Positions 62,465 to 64,000 of a DNA stretch of 64,000 nt are shown here, piece by piece (within the stretch, counting starts at the first letter, position 1; each line of letters opens with the position of its first letter). The stretch covers positions 62,455-126,454 of the forward strand of contig CBFIDJ010000013.1 of NCBI GenBank assembly GCA_965661375.1. The letters run 5' to 3'. Below the pieces are notes generated by a model. It was not told where the DNA came from and ran no database searches. It saw nothing but the letters and a program-made list of their open reading frames with translations. Position numbers and translations under genes: made by a program. The DNA is from Oceanicoccus sp. GTDB lineage: Bacteria > Pseudomonadota > Gammaproteobacteria > Pseudomonadales > Dasaniaceae.

Positions 62465-63250
62465 CTAGCGTTTACTCCAGTGCAGTCGGTCGGGAAGCAG
62501 GTCGCCCATGCCGATGCGCTTGGCTTTGTTGAGCGCTTGCCAAGTGAATTGCTGGGCCTGCTGAATGGATTCGGCCATGCTTAGCCCATGAGCAAGATAC
62601 GCGCTGATCGCCGCAACCAGTGTGTTAGATGAGCCCAGAAAACGCCCGGGCAGGCGTTCCCACTGGTACTGCTGGCTACTGCCGTGGCGGGAAAACCAGT
62701 GGTTGCAAATTCGATTGCCGTGGCCGTTGGTGTTGGTCACCAAAATATTATTGCAGCCCAGCTCCATCAATTCCTGCGAGCAGGCAGCGAGGGTATCGGC
62801 ACCAGGTGCAAGGGCCATGGCTTCATGTTTATTGGTGATGACGAGTTTGGCTTGGGGAATCAGTAGAGCGCGAATGGCATCACTCAGGCTGGACTTGTGG
62901 TCAACTACATCCAGCTTCAGGTATAAGACAAGCGGGATCCTGGGGTAGTCACTCAGAATGGTGTGAATGGCTTCAGCGTGACTGATTGAGGTAATGTTAT
63001 CGACGTAGAGCAGGTCAACACGGATATCTTCCAGAATGGCGCGAATCTGTTCGATCAGTAGGCTGCTATCGATGACTTCAGTGTTTTTTGGTGAGTGGGT
63101 GTCGCAGGCAGCGAGCCGACTAAGCACCGGTGTGCAGTGACAACCGAGGCTGGAGAGGGTTTCTACTGCCGCTGAAATCCCGCCGCCGCCACTGGGGTCG
63201 AGATCGGTAATGCTCATCACTACAGGTGTGTTCGTCATCAAATCCGACAT
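62465..63250 (-). CDS. ThiD-like HMP kinase homolog with degenerate active-site motifs
   Basis: DPSGGGG N-terminal motif, ERLPG..., QQFTWQAL...GMG..LPDRL C-terminus as in the hemL-linked ThiD of gamma/beta-proteobacteria; HGSGC appears as LGSSN. Confidence 0.8.
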   Translation of the reverse strand: MSDLMTNTPVVMSITDLDPSGGGGISAAVETLSSLGCHCTPVLSRLAACDTHSPKNTEVIDSSLLIEQIRAILEDIRVDLLYVDNITSISHAEAIHTILSDYPRIPLVLYLKLDVVDHKSSLSDAIRALLIPQAKLVITNKHEAMALAPGADTLAACSQELMELGCNNILVTNTNGHGNRICNHWFSRHGSSQQYQWERLPGRFLGSSNTLVAAISAYLAHGLSMAESIQQAQQFTWQALNKAKRIGMGDLLPDRLHWSKR

Positions 63251-63366
63251 GGCGGTTTTGTTTCCGAGTTTAGCTTTTGAGTGAGTTTAACGTTTGAATA
63301 AACCGACATTTCAAATCAGTTTGGCTTTCAAATAAAGTCCAGCTGATTTTGATCCCTTCGGAGGAC

Positions 63367-63789
63367 TTATGCAAAGGGTTTTACTACGACCAATATGACT
63401 ACTGCGAACAATATCAGTACCGGAAGTTCATTGAACCAGCGATAAAAAATATGGCCGTGTTTCATCTCATCCTGCTGCAGTTGTTTGATGTAGTGGCCAC
63501 AGAGAAAATGATAGCCAATCAGTGCTGCAACCAGAATGATTTTAATAAGGAACCAACTGGACTGCCAATAGTAGCTCCAATTAAAACTAGCCAGCCAGCC
63601 CCCAAAAAGCACCGTCAACACGGCGAATATGGACATAAACCGATACAGCTTATGCTCCATGATTTTCAGGTGGTTGCGGGTGTTCTGATCTTCCGCCATC
63701 GCATGGTAAACAAATAAGCGTGGCAGGTAAAAAATGCCAGCAAACCAGCAAACCACAGCGATAATATGAAAAGCCTTAATCCAAAGCAT
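63367..63789 (-). CDS. hemJ: Protoporphyrinogen oxidase HemJ
   Basis: WIKAFHIIAVVCWFAGIFYLPRLFVYHA, RWFNELP, VVVKPF. Confidence 0.95.
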   Translation of the reverse strand: MLWIKAFHIIAVVCWFAGIFYLPRLFVYHAMAEDQNTRNHLKIMEHKLYRFMSIFAVLTVLFGGWLASFNWSYYWQSSWFLIKIILVAALIGYHFLCGHYIKQLQQDEMKHGHIFYRWFNELPVLILFAVVILVVVKPFA

Positions 63790-63821
63790 AAATTCGTTTA
63801 GCCCTTACAATCAATCATTAC

Positions 63822-63998
63822 TCAGTGGTTAGTGAGCGTACTGTAGTAGCCAGTCACCGCAGCGCGAGTGACTATGCCGTGTTCGCCATTCTTGCCGCCT
63901 GAGCTGATATACACAGCATCGACGTGATGCCGGTTCATGGCATCCAGTGCCTCCCAAAGTGTGGCCTGAATATAAAGCTCGACCATCGGTTCCAATTC
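63822..63998 (-). CDS. C-terminal fragment of a CBS-like domain, probably of a ClC chloride channel (5' part outside the window)
   Basis: Manual translation ELEPMVELYIQATLWEALDAMNRHHVDAVYI...GIVTRAAVTGYY*; the QATL.EAL...GIVTR pattern is recalled from gammaproteobacterial ClC C-termini. Confidence 0.55.
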   Translation of the reverse strand, partial: ELEPMVELYIQATLWEALDAMNRHHVDAVYISSGGKNGEHGIVTRAAVTGYYSTLTNH

Positions 63999-64000
63999 AA

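Overview
A 64-kb core-genome segment from a gammaproteobacterium. Gene order resembles Pseudomonas, but the Vibrio/PomAB-type flagellar stator and roughly balanced GC (judged by eye) suggest a marine Cellvibrionales-like organism; this is inference. It holds about 63 CDS: hslUV, SPOR, argS, priA, rpmE, malic enzyme, ettA, glyA, nrdR-ribD-ribH-nusB-thiL-pgpA, ribA, dxs-ispA-xseB, pomAB-PilZ, fbp, acs, panCB-dNK-folK-pcnB, cbrB-cbrA-cbrX-gluQ-dksA, sfsA, mrcB, modF-like, hemB-hemL-hemJ. I saw no rRNA, tRNA, CRISPR array or mobile element. The standout is the 1.2-kb gap between cbrB and pcnB, where Pseudomonas has its single crcZ sRNA. Here it holds two tandem sigma54 promoter modules offset by exactly 532 bp. 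Each has an IHF site and three CbrB-type GTTAC subsites at identical distances. Each precedes a predicted short RNA (about 100-110 nt) with AANAANAA Hfq motifs, an identical 18-nt core, a hairpin with compensatory changes and an anti-Shine-Dalgarno-like tail. Other notable items: two full-length ThiD-like proteins that both lack the catalytic motif and have no thiE neighbour, a TIMP-like secreted protein, a 26-bp-stem hairpin upstream of acs, a 14-nt VNTR, and a sigma28-driven pomAB-PilZ unit. All calls come from reading the sequence and recalled family motifs; no searches were run.
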